From Candidatus Poribacteria bacterium (GTDB lineage Bacteria; Poribacteria; WGA-4E; WGA-3G), in contig CAXXUA010000005.1 of assembly GCA_963663765.2 (NCBI GenBank), forward strand, positions 1,472,001-1,536,000: a DNA stretch of 64,000 nucleotides. The letters are read 5' to 3'. The notes beneath the pieces were generated by a model. That model was given only the letters and a program-made list of their open reading frames with translations. It searched no databases and had not been told where the DNA came from. Both the position numbers and the translations under genes were made by a program. Positions 1 to 10,862 of this stretch are shown here, piece by piece. Each line of letters opens with the position of its first letter. Position 1 is the stretch's first letter.

Positions 1-525
1 GCGGAGGTCTTATCAACACAGTACAGTGAAAACATCGCACAAGCGAGTTTTGGTACTGAAGCGAATCATCCCGGGCTGAACGATGGAAACCCACAAACTG
101 TCGCTACACTCCCCGCACAAAATGAACGTAACTTTATCATCCGTTTTGCAGAAATACAACCTGTTCGTAAAATTATCATTCATAATGGTAACTTATTCCG
201 TTTTCAGATGGACTATCTAAATCCTGACAGTGGAGAGTGGGAGACATTTGAGTCAGTCACACAAAGGCGCGACCTTGAAGGCAAACGCGCACAGGAAAAG
301 TTTGAATTTGACAGATTGAACTTTCGGACACAGATGATTAGGATTGCAGTAAGTCGAACTGCAGACGACATTATTATCAACAAAGTTGTTACCGAACCGG
401 GAGACAAAATCGTGAATCGTCGTACGACAATGGCGGGTCAGTACTTTCCACATTATAGGGTGGTGCGTCCTTCAACTGCTCAAATCCGAGAGGTTGAGAT
501 ATATCATCTGGTTGATAAAAAGTGA
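1..525 (+). CDS. Hypothetical protein, 5'-partial (possibly discoidin/galactose-binding-like fold)
   Basis: Frame 1 is open from base 1 (AEVLSTQYSENIAQ...LNDGN...IIRF) through ORF 208..525; the start lies upstream of the window. Confidence 0.6.
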   Translation, partial: AEVLSTQYSENIAQASFGTEANHPGLNDGNPQTVATLPAQNERNFIIRFAEIQPVRKIIIHNGNLFRFQMDYLNPDSGEWETFESVTQRRDLEGKRAQEKFEFDRLNFRTQMIRIAVSRTADDIIINKVVTEPGDKIVNRRTTMAGQYFPHYRVVRPSTAQIREVEIYHLVDKK

Positions 526-670
526 ATTATTGAAGATTATTGAATTAATTACACACTTAACAAGCAGGAGCGAACTTCCGGTCATGACCAGGAGGTCGCT
601 CCTACCGAATACAATAGGAAAAATAAATAACACAAATCCAACGTCGCAAACTGAAGAAATGTATAATTCA

Positions 671-792
671 CAGGACCTACGCAGTTTTCATGACTTAAAC
701 AAATATTATGATGAAAATAGCGTAATTTTCAGGATTTTTTTGGTTTCCAGCGCGCTTACAAAGCACGCATACCGTTTAGTGCGTAAGTCCTG
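671..792 (-). mobile_element. MITE family B (TIR CAGGACTTACGCA) carrying one REP-like hairpin
   Basis: caggacctacgca...tgcgtaagtcctg; reverse-orientation copy of 7884..8005; near-TSD attca/attct. Confidence 0.75.
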
Positions 793-852
793 ATTCTTTT
801 CAAATTCAACCATAATTCTACATTCATAATTATCCAAATTTAATATACAACA

Positions 853-3800
853 ATGAAAAACATTACTTTTCTCACAGTCATTTTGCTGCTTATTCAGATA
901 GTGTCATTTTCTTCAGATGTACAAACGGTCGCTGCCCCAGATATTCAGGAGGATAGATTTCTTACTACTGGAATAACACACCTCAGTCAAGATATTGAGT
1001 TGGTGCATGTTACACAGAACGGAGTCAAGATTCAACTCAGTATTCCAAAGACAGATTTTAGAATAGGTACACAGGAACGCGACGGCAAACTGTATCAAAC
1101 GTTGTCATTCCCAGGCAGTCGTTATACAACAGAACTTGGCATGCCACGTCTGCCATTTCAAGCAACACTTATAGGGGTCCCAGATGATGCCAGTTTTACA
1201 GTGCAAGTTGTTGATAGTAGCGACTTTAGTACACATAAATTACAACACAAGATTGCTGATAATTACGTTGATTTTGGACGTGAGAATTCTGATGTGTCGA
1301 TTTTGAAATCAAATGCTGCTGTAGATACGATTTATACAACGAATCGCTTTTTTCCAAACAATCTTGCCAAAATTGGAACTGCTGGATGGATTAGGGAGAA
1401 CAGAGTTCTTCCAATTCAACTACATCCTGTTCAGTATAATCCTATCACTGGGGTTGTCAAACTCTATCATCGTCTGGTAGTAGAGGTGCAATTCAAGCGA
1501 TCTACGAATACACCGTCAGTACTTCAAGGGTCACCAAGACCAGAGTCTGCGGTGTATGAGAACATGCTTGGAAATCTATTGGTAAATCCTAAAAGTGCAA
1601 AACAGTGGCGTACACCAGTTTCTGTGTCACTTCAAGGACGTCATTCTACTCCAAATGCATCACTTACTGAACCGAATCCTAATCTTTCACTGGCAAGTGC
1701 TCCAACACTTACTACTCCGCAATATAAAGTAATTGTCAGAGAATCGGGTATATACCGAATTACTGGTAGCGATTTGGTAGCAGCAGGTATTGATATTTCA
1801 ACGATTAGACCTGCCACTATTACGATATCTAACAAGGGTAACCAAGTGCCGATTTATGTTCGCAACGTTGGCAACGGAAGGTCAGAAACTGGCACATCAG
1901 GTTTTTCCACAGAAGCTGAAGTCATCTTCTATGCGCAACGTCTTAGTGGTGAAAAAACATACATCCACCCGTATTCTGATGACAATATCTATTGGCTTTC
2001 GTGGAATGTGGGACCGGGACTGCGTATGGAAACAAAAGCACTATCCACGGAAATCCCTAAAGTTCCCTTAGATGCATCGGGGTTTCCCAAATATACATCG
2101 CCACTCCATGAACCCAAAAACTTCTACACACGTGTCCATGTTGAAAAGGATAATCAGTTTCGTAGGTTCAAAAACTTTGGACTGGACCTTGGAAACAACT
2201 ACCGAGAAGTTAGTAGTGGCCTTCAAGTGCGCGGTTTTACCCTCACATCGTTACCCGATTTGCCAGATGACAGTTGGTTTTGGACACAAATCAGTGCACC
2301 AGAAACAAGGAATTTTAATTTTCCATTAGACGGAGTTGCTGGTACTGGTCAAAAGGCAACTGTGCGGGTGGTATTGCACGGTAGGTCAGAAGATTCGCAC
2401 TTCGTAGAACTTTGGTTGAATCATGATATTGTGGTTGGAACACCTCGGTGGGACGGTGAAACGGAGCTTGTTTCTGAAAATCTGCAGGTTGCACAATCTT
2501 ATCTAAAAAATGGTAGAAATACGATTACCTTGGTGATGCCTTCTGCGGGACAAGCATTAGATCTCGTCATGTTGAACTGGATTGAAATTGATTATTGGCG
2601 CACGTATGAAGCACACGACAATGTGCTACCTTTTTCTATAACACCACTACCAGATGACGAAACCAGGCATGTAAATCCTAATTTTAAAGTGGAGTTGCTG
2701 AACTTTACCGATCCCAACATCAATATATATAGTGTTGATGGGACACGTTACGTCGGTTTAGCACCAATGGAAAATGAAGACAATCCGGGTGTGTATTCAG
2801 TAGCGTTTCAATCTTCGCGTATCGGTAGTGTACCACAATACAATTCAGATGGAACGCTCAAACACAACACGGATACCCAATATATTGCACTCACTAACAA
2901 CCAATACCTAACACCTGTAGAAATCATAAAAGACACACCATCCGATTTACGTGGACTGCACAACGGTGCAGATTATATCATTATCACTGATACAGAATTT
3001 GTGCGCGATGTACAACCGCTTGCGAACTTCCGCAGACAACAAGGGCTGCGGTCAAAAGTTGTAACAGTGGAAGATATATATGATGAATTCAGTCACGGCA
3101 TAAATAATCCGTATGCCTTGCGAGATTTCCTCAAGTACGCTTATGAAAATTGGCAGTCTCCAGCACCTACTTATGTGCTCTTGATGGGTGATGCAAACCC
3201 AAAAGAGAGAACCAGTTTTGTACCTACGATTCAAGTACAAGTGCCTGGATACGGTTCATCTGCAAGCGATCACCAGTACGTTACCTTGAAAGGAAACGAT
3301 AGTTTTCCAGAAATGCTGATCGGTAGAGTGCCCGCGAATAATAGTGTTGACGCGCGAATATTTGTAGAACGCGCCATCAACTATGAGACAACAAACGAAA
3401 TAGGTCCCTGGCACAAACGCATCTTAATGCTTGCAGGTTCAACCAATGACTTTCACTTCCAAACAGACACGCTTACGGAAGAATACAGTCTCAATGAAAT
3501 GTATGAAAATATACCTATCTATGCCCCTGCAACTGCTGAAGAAGAAATTAACTTAGGGGAAGGAACAACACCTGTTGGTCGAAAGGTTATAGATGGTTTC
3601 AATGATGGGGCGATTCTTGTCAACTATGTTGGACATGGTGCTGGTGGTGTATTAGCTTCAAGTCGTATGATGGGGTTGCAGGATCCACACCAGAACTTAA
3701 CGAATATTTCGCAGCTGCCTTTTATGCTAAGCATGACCTGTTTTACTGGTGAATTTGATAGTCCGTCGGGATGTCTCGCTGAAGAGTTACTGCGCTCAGA

Positions 3801-6144
3801 AAGTGGGGGTGCCATCGCTGTTGTCGGTGGGACAAGTATAGGACTCTTACTGCAAGATCACATACTGAATAAAAAGATTTTTAATGTTATTTTCAAAGAG
3901 AAAACACAGCACGTAGGTGCTATTCTTGCTAAGGCAAAAACACAATTCTTGATTGACTTACCAGGATACCCCGATATTGCAGAAGTATTTACGCTTTTCG
4001 GTGATCCTGCAACGCAGTTGAGATTGCCACACAAACAGTACCATTTGAACATAGATACGGAAAAGGTCCTACATAGAGACGTTTTTCAATCTGGTACGTT
4101 ACTGTCAATTTCTGGTACATTTCCTAACCCCGATTTTAATGGCGAAGCAGAAATAACAGTGCTTCCGAAACCGATAGACAGAAGGGGTAAGAAGAGACGC
4201 TCAGAATACCGTTCTTCTGATACCGCCCCTATCCGTGATATGGACACAACACCTCGTAAGGAAACTGTCTCAGTAGTTGATGGAAAGTTCAACGCTCAAA
4301 TTGAAGTGCCTTATAACAGTGCTTTTGAAAGTTGGAATATACGGTCTTATGCTTGGAATGGAGAAGAGGATGCAATTGGTTATTCTGCGTACAATCCCTT
4401 ATCTCAATATATAGAAAATGTAAGGCATGAACCTGCCTTCGTTCCACCTGAACAACCTGTCCATGTATATGCGGATATCATCAATCAAAGTGCAATAGAA
4501 GAAATCACTCTCTATTGGAGTACACAGCTGCTTGAAGATCGTTACACAGAAGCCACAGAAATTCCATTGGTGTCTCATGAGGGAAAAACCTATAGAACGG
4601 AGCAACCTATCCCTGCCCATGAACTTGGTGATTTGATAGACTATTACATATTGGTGAGGCCAAAGACTGGACGTGTACATCAAACAGAGGTTGTCACCTA
4701 TAGCATTGGAAGAGCTGATCTTGCAATTACAGGAAGCACACTCAGTTGGGACACTAACCCACCTTACCAACTTTCAGTACAAGTCAGAAACACAGGTACG
4801 CTTGATGTCAAAAACGTTCCTGTCAGCTTTTATTATATTTCAATAGCAGAAGATTCGGAAATTCCTGAGGTGACAATAGAGTCCCTTCAAAACACTACGC
4901 CTATCGGAGAAAATCAGGTAATACCACAAATTGCACCGGAAGGATTTGCTGTGGTAAGTGTGCCGTGGCAACCTGATCCTGGAAGATACCTTGTTGCAGT
5001 CGTTGTGGATATGCCGACTGCACAACATCCGAATGGAATAATATCTGAAGAAAGAGAGTATAATAACATCGTGTCAAGGGAATTTGTAAATAACAGAATT
5101 TTCCTTGATGCTGAAGACGCAAACAAACCGATCCAGAGTGTTGATGGATTATTCAATATTACAATTCCACGCGGGAACCTTCAAACACAAACAGTATTGA
5201 CTATTGAGACAGAAGAATTAACACTAATAAATCAGCCGGATATCGCGTACGCTACGACAGAAAACGGTCTGACTCCACCGGTTGCATATAGTTTAAACTT
5301 TGCTGAACAACTTGTTGACCAGCTTGTTGTAATGACAGGAACAGCATCGTTTAAGAGAACTGTACTGGGAGACCTACATATTTATATGCTTGATGACGAA
5401 ACAAAGAACTGGATCAGGATAGGAAACCAAGAAGACGATGGTGAAAACATCTCAGCAATGGTAAAATTACCGGGAACTTATGCCTTGCTTACACACACAG
5501 ATTTTCAACCACCATCTATAACAGTAACCGTTGAAAATCAAGGTTTCATTGACGGTGATTACATTTCTGATACACCGTCAATTTCTGCCAGAATAGAGGA
5601 CGCAAATGGGATTGATCCTCGTGCAGAGAATATCATTCTCACAAGGAACGGTGAACGAATTCCACAAGATGAGTACACAATATCCACATCACCTGTGAAC
5701 AGCAATATTCTTCTCATTACCTATTCACCGACTGATGCCTTGGAAGCAGGTGAGTATCGTATTCGGTTACAAGCACATGATGCAAACGGAAATGAAGGGG
5801 ATGCTGGGTTAACTGCGAATGTCGCTGGTGGTTTTCAGATTAAAAACATCGCTAACTTTCCTAATCCATTCCGTCCTGGAACAGGTTCTGGTAAAGGCAC
5901 AGATTTCGCTTATTATCTTACTGATGGTGCAGATAAAGTGACTCTGAAGATATATACACTTACGGGGAAACTTATCACAACTATTGATACACTTGATGCG
6001 TCAACATCATACAACGAGTATCACTTTGATGGGTTAGATGCTGACGGTGAACCGCTCGCGAACGGTGTCTATATCTACAAATTCACTGCCACCAAAGGCG
6101 ATGATCGCGTACAAAAGGTTGGTAAAATCGTGGTGCTTAAATAA
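853..6144 (+). CDS. Secreted C25 (gingipain/PorU-like) cysteine peptidase with propeptide, CARDB/Ig domains and FlgD-Ig/T9SS-like C-terminal domain
   Basis: Signal peptide; ADYIII, IYDEFS, YVLLMGDA and IGRVP motifs; catalytic YVGHG and SMTCFTG; C-terminal FPNPF...KIYTLTGKLI...LANGVYIYK. Confidence 0.85.
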   Translation: MKNITFLTVILLLIQIVSFSSDVQTVAAPDIQEDRFLTTGITHLSQDIELVHVTQNGVKIQLSIPKTDFRIGTQERDGKLYQTLSFPGSRYTTELGMPRLPFQATLIGVPDDASFTVQVVDSSDFSTHKLQHKIADNYVDFGRENSDVSILKSNAAVDTIYTTNRFFPNNLAKIGTAGWIRENRVLPIQLHPVQYNPITGVVKLYHRLVVEVQFKRSTNTPSVLQGSPRPESAVYENMLGNLLVNPKSAKQWRTPVSVSLQGRHSTPNASLTEPNPNLSLASAPTLTTPQYKVIVRESGIYRITGSDLVAAGIDISTIRPATITISNKGNQVPIYVRNVGNGRSETGTSGFSTEAEVIFYAQRLSGEKTYIHPYSDDNIYWLSWNVGPGLRMETKALSTEIPKVPLDASGFPKYTSPLHEPKNFYTRVHVEKDNQFRRFKNFGLDLGNNYREVSSGLQVRGFTLTSLPDLPDDSWFWTQISAPETRNFNFPLDGVAGTGQKATVRVVLHGRSEDSHFVELWLNHDIVVGTPRWDGETELVSENLQVAQSYLKNGRNTITLVMPSAGQALDLVMLNWIEIDYWRTYEAHDNVLPFSITPLPDDETRHVNPNFKVELLNFTDPNINIYSVDGTRYVGLAPMENEDNPGVYSVAFQSSRIGSVPQYNSDGTLKHNTDTQYIALTNNQYLTPVEIIKDTPSDLRGLHNGADYIIITDTEFVRDVQPLANFRRQQGLRSKVVTVEDIYDEFSHGINNPYALRDFLKYAYENWQSPAPTYVLLMGDANPKERTSFVPTIQVQVPGYGSSASDHQYVTLKGNDSFPEMLIGRVPANNSVDARIFVERAINYETTNEIGPWHKRILMLAGSTNDFHFQTDTLTEEYSLNEMYENIPIYAPATAEEEINLGEGTTPVGRKVIDGFNDGAILVNYVGHGAGGVLASSRMMGLQDPHQNLTNISQLPFMLSMTCFTGEFDSPSGCLAEELLRSESGGAIAVVGGTSIGLLLQDHILNKKIFNVIFKEKTQHVGAILAKAKTQFLIDLPGYPDIAEVFTLFGDPATQLRLPHKQYHLNIDTEKVLHRDVFQSGTLLSISGTFPNPDFNGEAEITVLPKPIDRRGKKRRSEYRSSDTAPIRDMDTTPRKETVSVVDGKFNAQIEVPYNSAFESWNIRSYAWNGEEDAIGYSAYNPLSQYIENVRHEPAFVPPEQPVHVYADIINQSAIEEITLYWSTQLLEDRYTEATEIPLVSHEGKTYRTEQPIPAHELGDLIDYYILVRPKTGRVHQTEVVTYSIGRADLAITGSTLSWDTNPPYQLSVQVRNTGTLDVKNVPVSFYYISIAEDSEIPEVTIESLQNTTPIGENQVIPQIAPEGFAVVSVPWQPDPGRYLVAVVVDMPTAQHPNGIISEEREYNNIVSREFVNNRIFLDAEDANKPIQSVDGLFNITIPRGNLQTQTVLTIETEELTLINQPDIAYATTENGLTPPVAYSLNFAEQLVDQLVVMTGTASFKRTVLGDLHIYMLDDETKNWIRIGNQEDDGENISAMVKLPGTYALLTHTDFQPPSITVTVENQGFIDGDYISDTPSISARIEDANGIDPRAENIILTRNGERIPQDEYTISTSPVNSNILLITYSPTDALEAGEYRIRLQAHDANGNEGDAGLTANVAGGFQIKNIANFPNPFRPGTGSGKGTDFAYYLTDGADKVTLKIYTLTGKLITTIDTLDASTSYNEYHFDGLDADGEPLANGVYIYKFTATKGDDRVQKVGKIVVLK

Positions 6145-6165
6145 AACAAGCAGAATCCATTACTA

Positions 6166-7146
6166 TTAAACCTCACGGTTATACACCAAAATATCGTACT
6201 TTTTGTCTCTATACGAAAAATGATTTTTAAACCTTCCCTCACAGACAAATCCTGCTGCTTCTAAGATTTCTGCCTTCTTCTTAGCAGTACTATCAATATA
6301 ACATTGAACTTTCAACTCAGGAAAGTTCACAGCAGAAAGTAGATTAGGAACAGATTCAACAAAGTTCGGATGAAAAAACAGGTCAAGAAGTGCAATGCTC
6401 TGACGCCAACGGTTATCTCTATGAACCGTTGCCCAACCGACTATTGTGTCGTTCTTTGAGACTAACAGTTTTGCGTCGTCGTAAATTTCATCGGTTTCCA
6501 ACACGTTTTTGAAGGTCAGAAAAGGTCCTTCAAGATTGGAAGGTCCATATAGGTTCCATATAAGACTACGAAGTATATCGCCTTGTACCAACCCAGACAG
6601 TGCAGTCAACTTAGGCCAGTCGTGCCATTCAACAGATTTCGGTTCTGCTGATGTGGTGCCAAAGTATGATTCCTCAAAATCGTCTTTCACATGATACTGC
6701 ATAAAACCCAACTTTGGAATGACGCTTTCAAATCCAAAACTTTGATATATATGATATGGATGACTATCGTAACCAGTTCCAAGGTAAAGTGCACGTCCCT
6801 TGCGTTGGTGAAAATGCTCCATTTGATATGCCATAACACCTTTACATGCGCCTTTTCTCCGCTGCTCTGGCAATGTAAAAACATGACCTAATATGCCTAT
6901 CCCTTCATGTTCAACCGTCATTATGTTAGTGATTATCTTTCCATCAACTTTACCCACATAGAAACGGGTTTCTAACGCATCAAGCGATTCCACAACGCAT
7001 CTGTCAATGTGCCATTTGAAGTTCCCCGGTTTGTGCCCAAGAAATTGCTTTATCTCTTCTGCATGCGGTTCATCAGGCGCATTAATCATTCCAACTTCCA
7101 TGTGTTCACCTGATTTTAGGACTGTGTTTCCTAATGTGTCATACAT
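6166..7146 (-). CDS. GNAT family N-acetyltransferase
   Basis: Acetyl-CoA motif VFTLPEQRRKGAC; second GNAT-like C-terminal half (GFVCEG). Confidence 0.75.
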   Translation of the reverse strand: MYDTLGNTVLKSGEHMEVGMINAPDEPHAEEIKQFLGHKPGNFKWHIDRCVVESLDALETRFYVGKVDGKIITNIMTVEHEGIGILGHVFTLPEQRRKGACKGVMAYQMEHFHQRKGRALYLGTGYDSHPYHIYQSFGFESVIPKLGFMQYHVKDDFEESYFGTTSAEPKSVEWHDWPKLTALSGLVQGDILRSLIWNLYGPSNLEGPFLTFKNVLETDEIYDDAKLLVSKNDTIVGWATVHRDNRWRQSIALLDLFFHPNFVESVPNLLSAVNFPELKVQCYIDSTAKKKAEILEAAGFVCEGRFKNHFSYRDKKYDILVYNREV

Positions 7147-7176
7147 ATCTTCTTTACATCCAATAAATATTAATAT

Positions 7177-7205
7177 TTGACAAAATATTTACATTATCAT
7201 ATACT
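7177..7205 (+). promoter_or_regulatory. Putative sigma70 promoter upstream of ndk
   Basis: TTGACA-17 nt-TATACT. Confidence 0.5.
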
Positions 7206-7236
7206 TAAAACAGTTAGGTGTCAAGAGCGGATATTG

Positions 7237-7356
7237 CAGGTTTATTCAGTTTTCCTAATTATTGGATTTTTGAAATAGAAACCCCGCGGTAGGAGCGACC
7301 TCCCGGTCGCGATTTTCTCAGGAAACGGGTAAAATGGGTAAAACTGAATAACCCTT
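7237..7356 (+). mobile_element. MITE family E (TIR CAGGGTTATTCAGTTTT) carrying REP gtaggagcgacctcccggtcgcga
   Basis: TIRs present; perfect 9-bp TSD CGGATATTG at 7228-7236 and 7357-7365. Confidence 0.85.
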
Positions 7357-7417
7357 CGGATATTGACACCATATAAGTATATAGTAACATACTGGTAAGA
7401 ACTGAAACGGAGTTGAT

Positions 7418-7837
7418 ATGGATATAGAACAGACGCTGATTCTGGTGAAACCCGATGGAGTTCAACGGGGTCTTGTTGGAGAGATTATTTCCCGTTATGA
7501 ACGAAAAGGACTAAAGCTGATCGGATTGAAATTATTGTTACTTCCACATGCGAAAGCAGAGGAACTCTATGCTATACATAAGGGACGGCCATACTATGAT
7601 CGACTCATTGAATTCATGACGGAATCCCCTATTGTAGCAATAGCTGTTGAGGGAGAAAATGCAATTCAGTTAGTCCGTTTAATAAACGGCGCAACCGACC
7701 CACTGAAATCTGCACCGGGTAGCATACGCGGAGATTTTTCAAACCACATCACCTATAACCTTGTGCATGCATCAGATTGTTTGGAGAACGCCAAACAGGA
7801 ATTAACGATTCTGTTTTCCCCAGAAGAATTCTGCTAA
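7418..7837 (+). CDS. ndk: Nucleoside diphosphate kinase
   Basis: LVKPDGVQRGLVGEII; PGSIRGDF; NLVHASD active site. Confidence 0.97.
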   Translation: MDIEQTLILVKPDGVQRGLVGEIISRYERKGLKLIGLKLLLLPHAKAEELYAIHKGRPYYDRLIEFMTESPIVAIAVEGENAIQLVRLINGATDPLKSAPGSIRGDFSNHITYNLVHASDCLENAKQELTILFSPEEFC

Positions 7838-7883
7838 TTTCTTACAATAGTTATTATTTTAACGTTTTTTGTTCATTAAATAA

Positions 7884-8005
7884 CAGGACTTACGCACCCA
7901 ACGGTAGGCGTGCTTTGTAAGCGCGCCGGAACCCTAAAAAATGCTGTAAATTACATCGTTTTCGTCTTAATTCTTGATTGGATCGTGAAAACTGCGTAAG
8001 TCCTG
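7884..8005 (+). mobile_element. MITE family B
   Basis: caggacttacgca...tgcgtaagtcctg; 5-bp TSD AATAA. Confidence 0.8.
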
Positions 8006-8247
8006 AATAATTAGTATTCCATGTCGTTGTAATATGTTTAGTTTGATAGAGTAAATATATACAGTGACATCACTATAATAAAGAGGATTTGCTTAAGATT
8101 TTATTTTATTATATTTGCAAGTCATGAATTCTGTATTCTATGACAATATATTTAGGAGGTTTATTATGATTATTATTAATTTACTAAGAAGACAACATCA
8201 AGATAAACAGTTTGGACGATTCACTTTTATAATGATGTTTCTTATTC

Positions 8248-9704
8248 CAATACCTTCGCCAAAAATTAGTTGAATAAAATGGGCTTTTGTCCTATAGTGT
8301 TTACACTGTAATAACAAAACAAAAGGACAAATTCCCATGTTAGAAATTATAGCACTTTTCTCAATTCTTAATCCATGTATTTCAAAAACAACGATCCATC
8401 AGTTATGTCAAGTTGTATTCGCACTGCTTGCGATGACAGGACGGGTCACCATGTTAAATATCTCTCGTTGGACATTAAAAGGAGGTAGTTACCGCACTAT
8501 ACAACGCTTTTTCAACACAGTTCTTCCTTGGACGACAATGTGTTGGACTTTTTTTCGCACACACTTGCTTGATCATGAGAGTGTTTATATCTTAGCAGGC
8601 GATGAAGTTGTCAGAAGCAAAGATGGAAAATGCACCTATGGTTTATCACGCTTTTTTTCCTCATTGCATGGGAAAAGCATACCCGGTTTATCGTTCTTAG
8701 CCGTGTCCTTAGTCAGTGTATCTCAGCGACGTTCCTACCCCATGGCTATTGAGCAAATCGTTCGGTGTGAAAAAACTTCAAAGCCTGCTGCCGCTCCGAC
8801 TAAACAGTCAGACATCACCAACAAGACAGCAAAATCTAAAGGTGGACGTCCAAAAGGGAGCCGAAACAAAAATAAAAGAGATGTCGTTCTCAGTGATACT
8901 TTGAAACAACTTCAAACGCTGCTCAAAAAAGTGCTACAACTAATAAATAACTTGATACCCATCCGTTATTTTGTCCTGGATGGCTATTTTGGAAATAATA
9001 ACGCTCTACAAATGGTAAATCAATGTGGTCTCCATCTTATTTCAAAACTACGCACCGATGCTGCGTTGCATTTTCCACCGACAACACCTTACAAGGGACG
9101 CGGACGGCGTGCGATCTATGGAGAACGTGTCAATCCACATAAGATTGATGAAAAATACTCTATTTTTACACAGACAGCGGACAATCTGAGAACTGATGTG
9201 TATCAAATGGAACTACACCACAAAAAGTTCCCCGACCCATTGAATGTCGTTTGTATCAAAAAAACAAACCTAACCACTAAACAGCAAGCTTACGTCTTAT
9301 TATTCAGTTGTGATTTAGAACTTGACGCAGAAAAAATGATAGATTATTATTCGCTTCGTTTTCAAATTGAGTTCAACTTTCGTGATGCAAAACAGTATTG
9401 GGGTATGCAAGGTTTCATGAATGTAAACAAAACCCCAGTGAACAATGCAGCGAATATGTCAATGTTTATGATAAATGTAAGTGCAAAACTCTCGGAAAAA
9501 TACAGATGTCAAAATCCCGTATATAGTGTATTAGATCTTAAATCGCACTACCGAGGTCTGAAATATATACACGAAATATTAAAAATACTTCCGCAAAAAC
9601 CTGAACCTATTGTTATTCAGCAAATCACTGAACGCCTGAGTTCAATCGGTGCTATTCACAACACTCAAGCAAATCTTAATCCTGGATAATTGGCGAAGGT
9701 ATTG
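8248..9704 (+). mobile_element. Insertion sequence (IS701/IS4-like DDE), 1457 bp
   Basis: Perfect 15-bp TIR CAATACCTTCGCCAA / TTGGCGAAGGTATTG; 6-bp TSD TTATTC. Confidence 0.92.
8337..9689 (+). CDS. DDE transposase (IS701/IS4 superfamily)
   Basis: LAGDE, FVLDGYF and YSLRFQIEFNFRDAKQ motifs. Confidence 0.92.
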   Translation: MLEIIALFSILNPCISKTTIHQLCQVVFALLAMTGRVTMLNISRWTLKGGSYRTIQRFFNTVLPWTTMCWTFFRTHLLDHESVYILAGDEVVRSKDGKCTYGLSRFFSSLHGKSIPGLSFLAVSLVSVSQRRSYPMAIEQIVRCEKTSKPAAAPTKQSDITNKTAKSKGGRPKGSRNKNKRDVVLSDTLKQLQTLLKKVLQLINNLIPIRYFVLDGYFGNNNALQMVNQCGLHLISKLRTDAALHFPPTTPYKGRGRRAIYGERVNPHKIDEKYSIFTQTADNLRTDVYQMELHHKKFPDPLNVVCIKKTNLTTKQQAYVLLFSCDLELDAEKMIDYYSLRFQIEFNFRDAKQYWGMQGFMNVNKTPVNNAANMSMFMINVSAKLSEKYRCQNPVYSVLDLKSHYRGLKYIHEILKILPQKPEPIVIQQITERLSSIGAIHNTQANLNPG

Positions 9705-10486
9705 TTATTCTTGGAGTTGTTTTTACTATACATGCTGCGAAAGAAGACTGCACGAACATTGAAGGGGCTGGAGCAGTCCCAATTGTTGAAGTAGCTGAAG
9801 AAGACCCAACTGTAGCAAATGACTATGATACGGTGGTTGAAGAAGATGATCGTGACGGTGTCGTCTATCTGTCAGTCATTGGTGGTAGCCAACCAGAACC
9901 GAATGCATGTGGACTTAACCCGAAAAACCCCGTAGGGGAATGGACAGGTTGGGGCGGTCCACTCAACTTTGACAATGTGACTATCGGTGAAGGTGAAACT
10001 ACCCGAAACCATATCGTCATAGGTGGAACATACTTTGAGCGCGGTTTCGGTGCACACGCAATTGCTACCTTGGTCTATGATTTAACCGGTGGTAATTACG
10101 CCAGATTTGAAGCGTATGTCGGCATGTCAGATGAGAAAGATCCAACAGGATGTAATCATGGCGGCACATCAAACTTTGTTTTTTCAATTGATGGAACAGA
10201 GGTTGCTGCAACTGATACCTTCGCTGGCACAGTGGGTGGTGTGAATGTTGATGCGTTCAAAGTTGAATTTGATATTCCAGCAGGTGCTTCAGAACTTACT
10301 ATTGTTATGGGTGATGGTGGTGACGGTAATGGCTGTGATCATTCCGCAATTGGGGATGCTAAACTCTTGTCTGGACAAACCCTTGCAGTTGAACCTGCAA
10401 ACAAACTCCCAACAATTTGGGGGCATCTGAAATCCCAATATTAAGATTGATTTGATTAGTGGAAAATAAAAATCAGTCATTTTCCC

Positions 10487-10536
10487 AATCCTGCTGCAGT
10501 CAATACAAAATTTATGTTGACTGCAGCAGGATTTTT
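10487..10536 (+). terminator. Probable intrinsic terminator
   Basis: Long stem aatcctgctgcagtcaa / ttgactgcagcaggatt followed by a T-run, downstream of the NPCBM gene. Confidence 0.65.
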
Positions 10537-10560
10537 CTTGCAATTCATTTTATTATACCA

Positions 10561-10766
10561 CAGGACTTACGCATCCAACGGTAGGCGCGCTTTGTAAGCG
10601 CGCTGGACTTACGCATCCAACGGTAGGCGCGCTTTGTAAGCGCGCTGGACTTACGCATCCAACGGTAGGCGCGCTTTGTAAGCGCGCTGGAAACTTAAAA
10701 AACACTGAATATTACATCATTTTCATCACAATTCTTGATTAATTCATGAAAATTGCGTAAGTCCTG
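10561..10766 (+). mobile_element. MITE family B with its 5' 42-bp unit triplicated
   Basis: 3x ggacttacgcatccaacggtaggcgcgctttgtaagcgcgct; TIRs; TSD ATACCA on both sides. Confidence 0.85.
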
Positions 10767-10862
10767 ATACCAGATATTATAAACCCATTAAAGCAATTGA
10801 ATTCCTGCCATGGTTATGATAAAATAACAATAGAACATATATCTATACTAAGGAGTTAGCAA

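Larger units (their letters stand above)
8166..10444 (+). pseudogene. Secreted NPCBM/NEW2-domain protein interrupted by an IS in its signal-peptide region
   Basis: RBS AGGAGG then ATG at 8166; removing the IS and one TTATTC copy gives MIIINLL...FIMMFLILGVVFTIHAAKED in frame with 9833..10444 (GFGAHA, YARFEAYVGMSDE). Confidence 0.85.

Noticed and set aside
494-793. 99-aa ORF
   Set aside because: Composed of REP and MITE-B sequence
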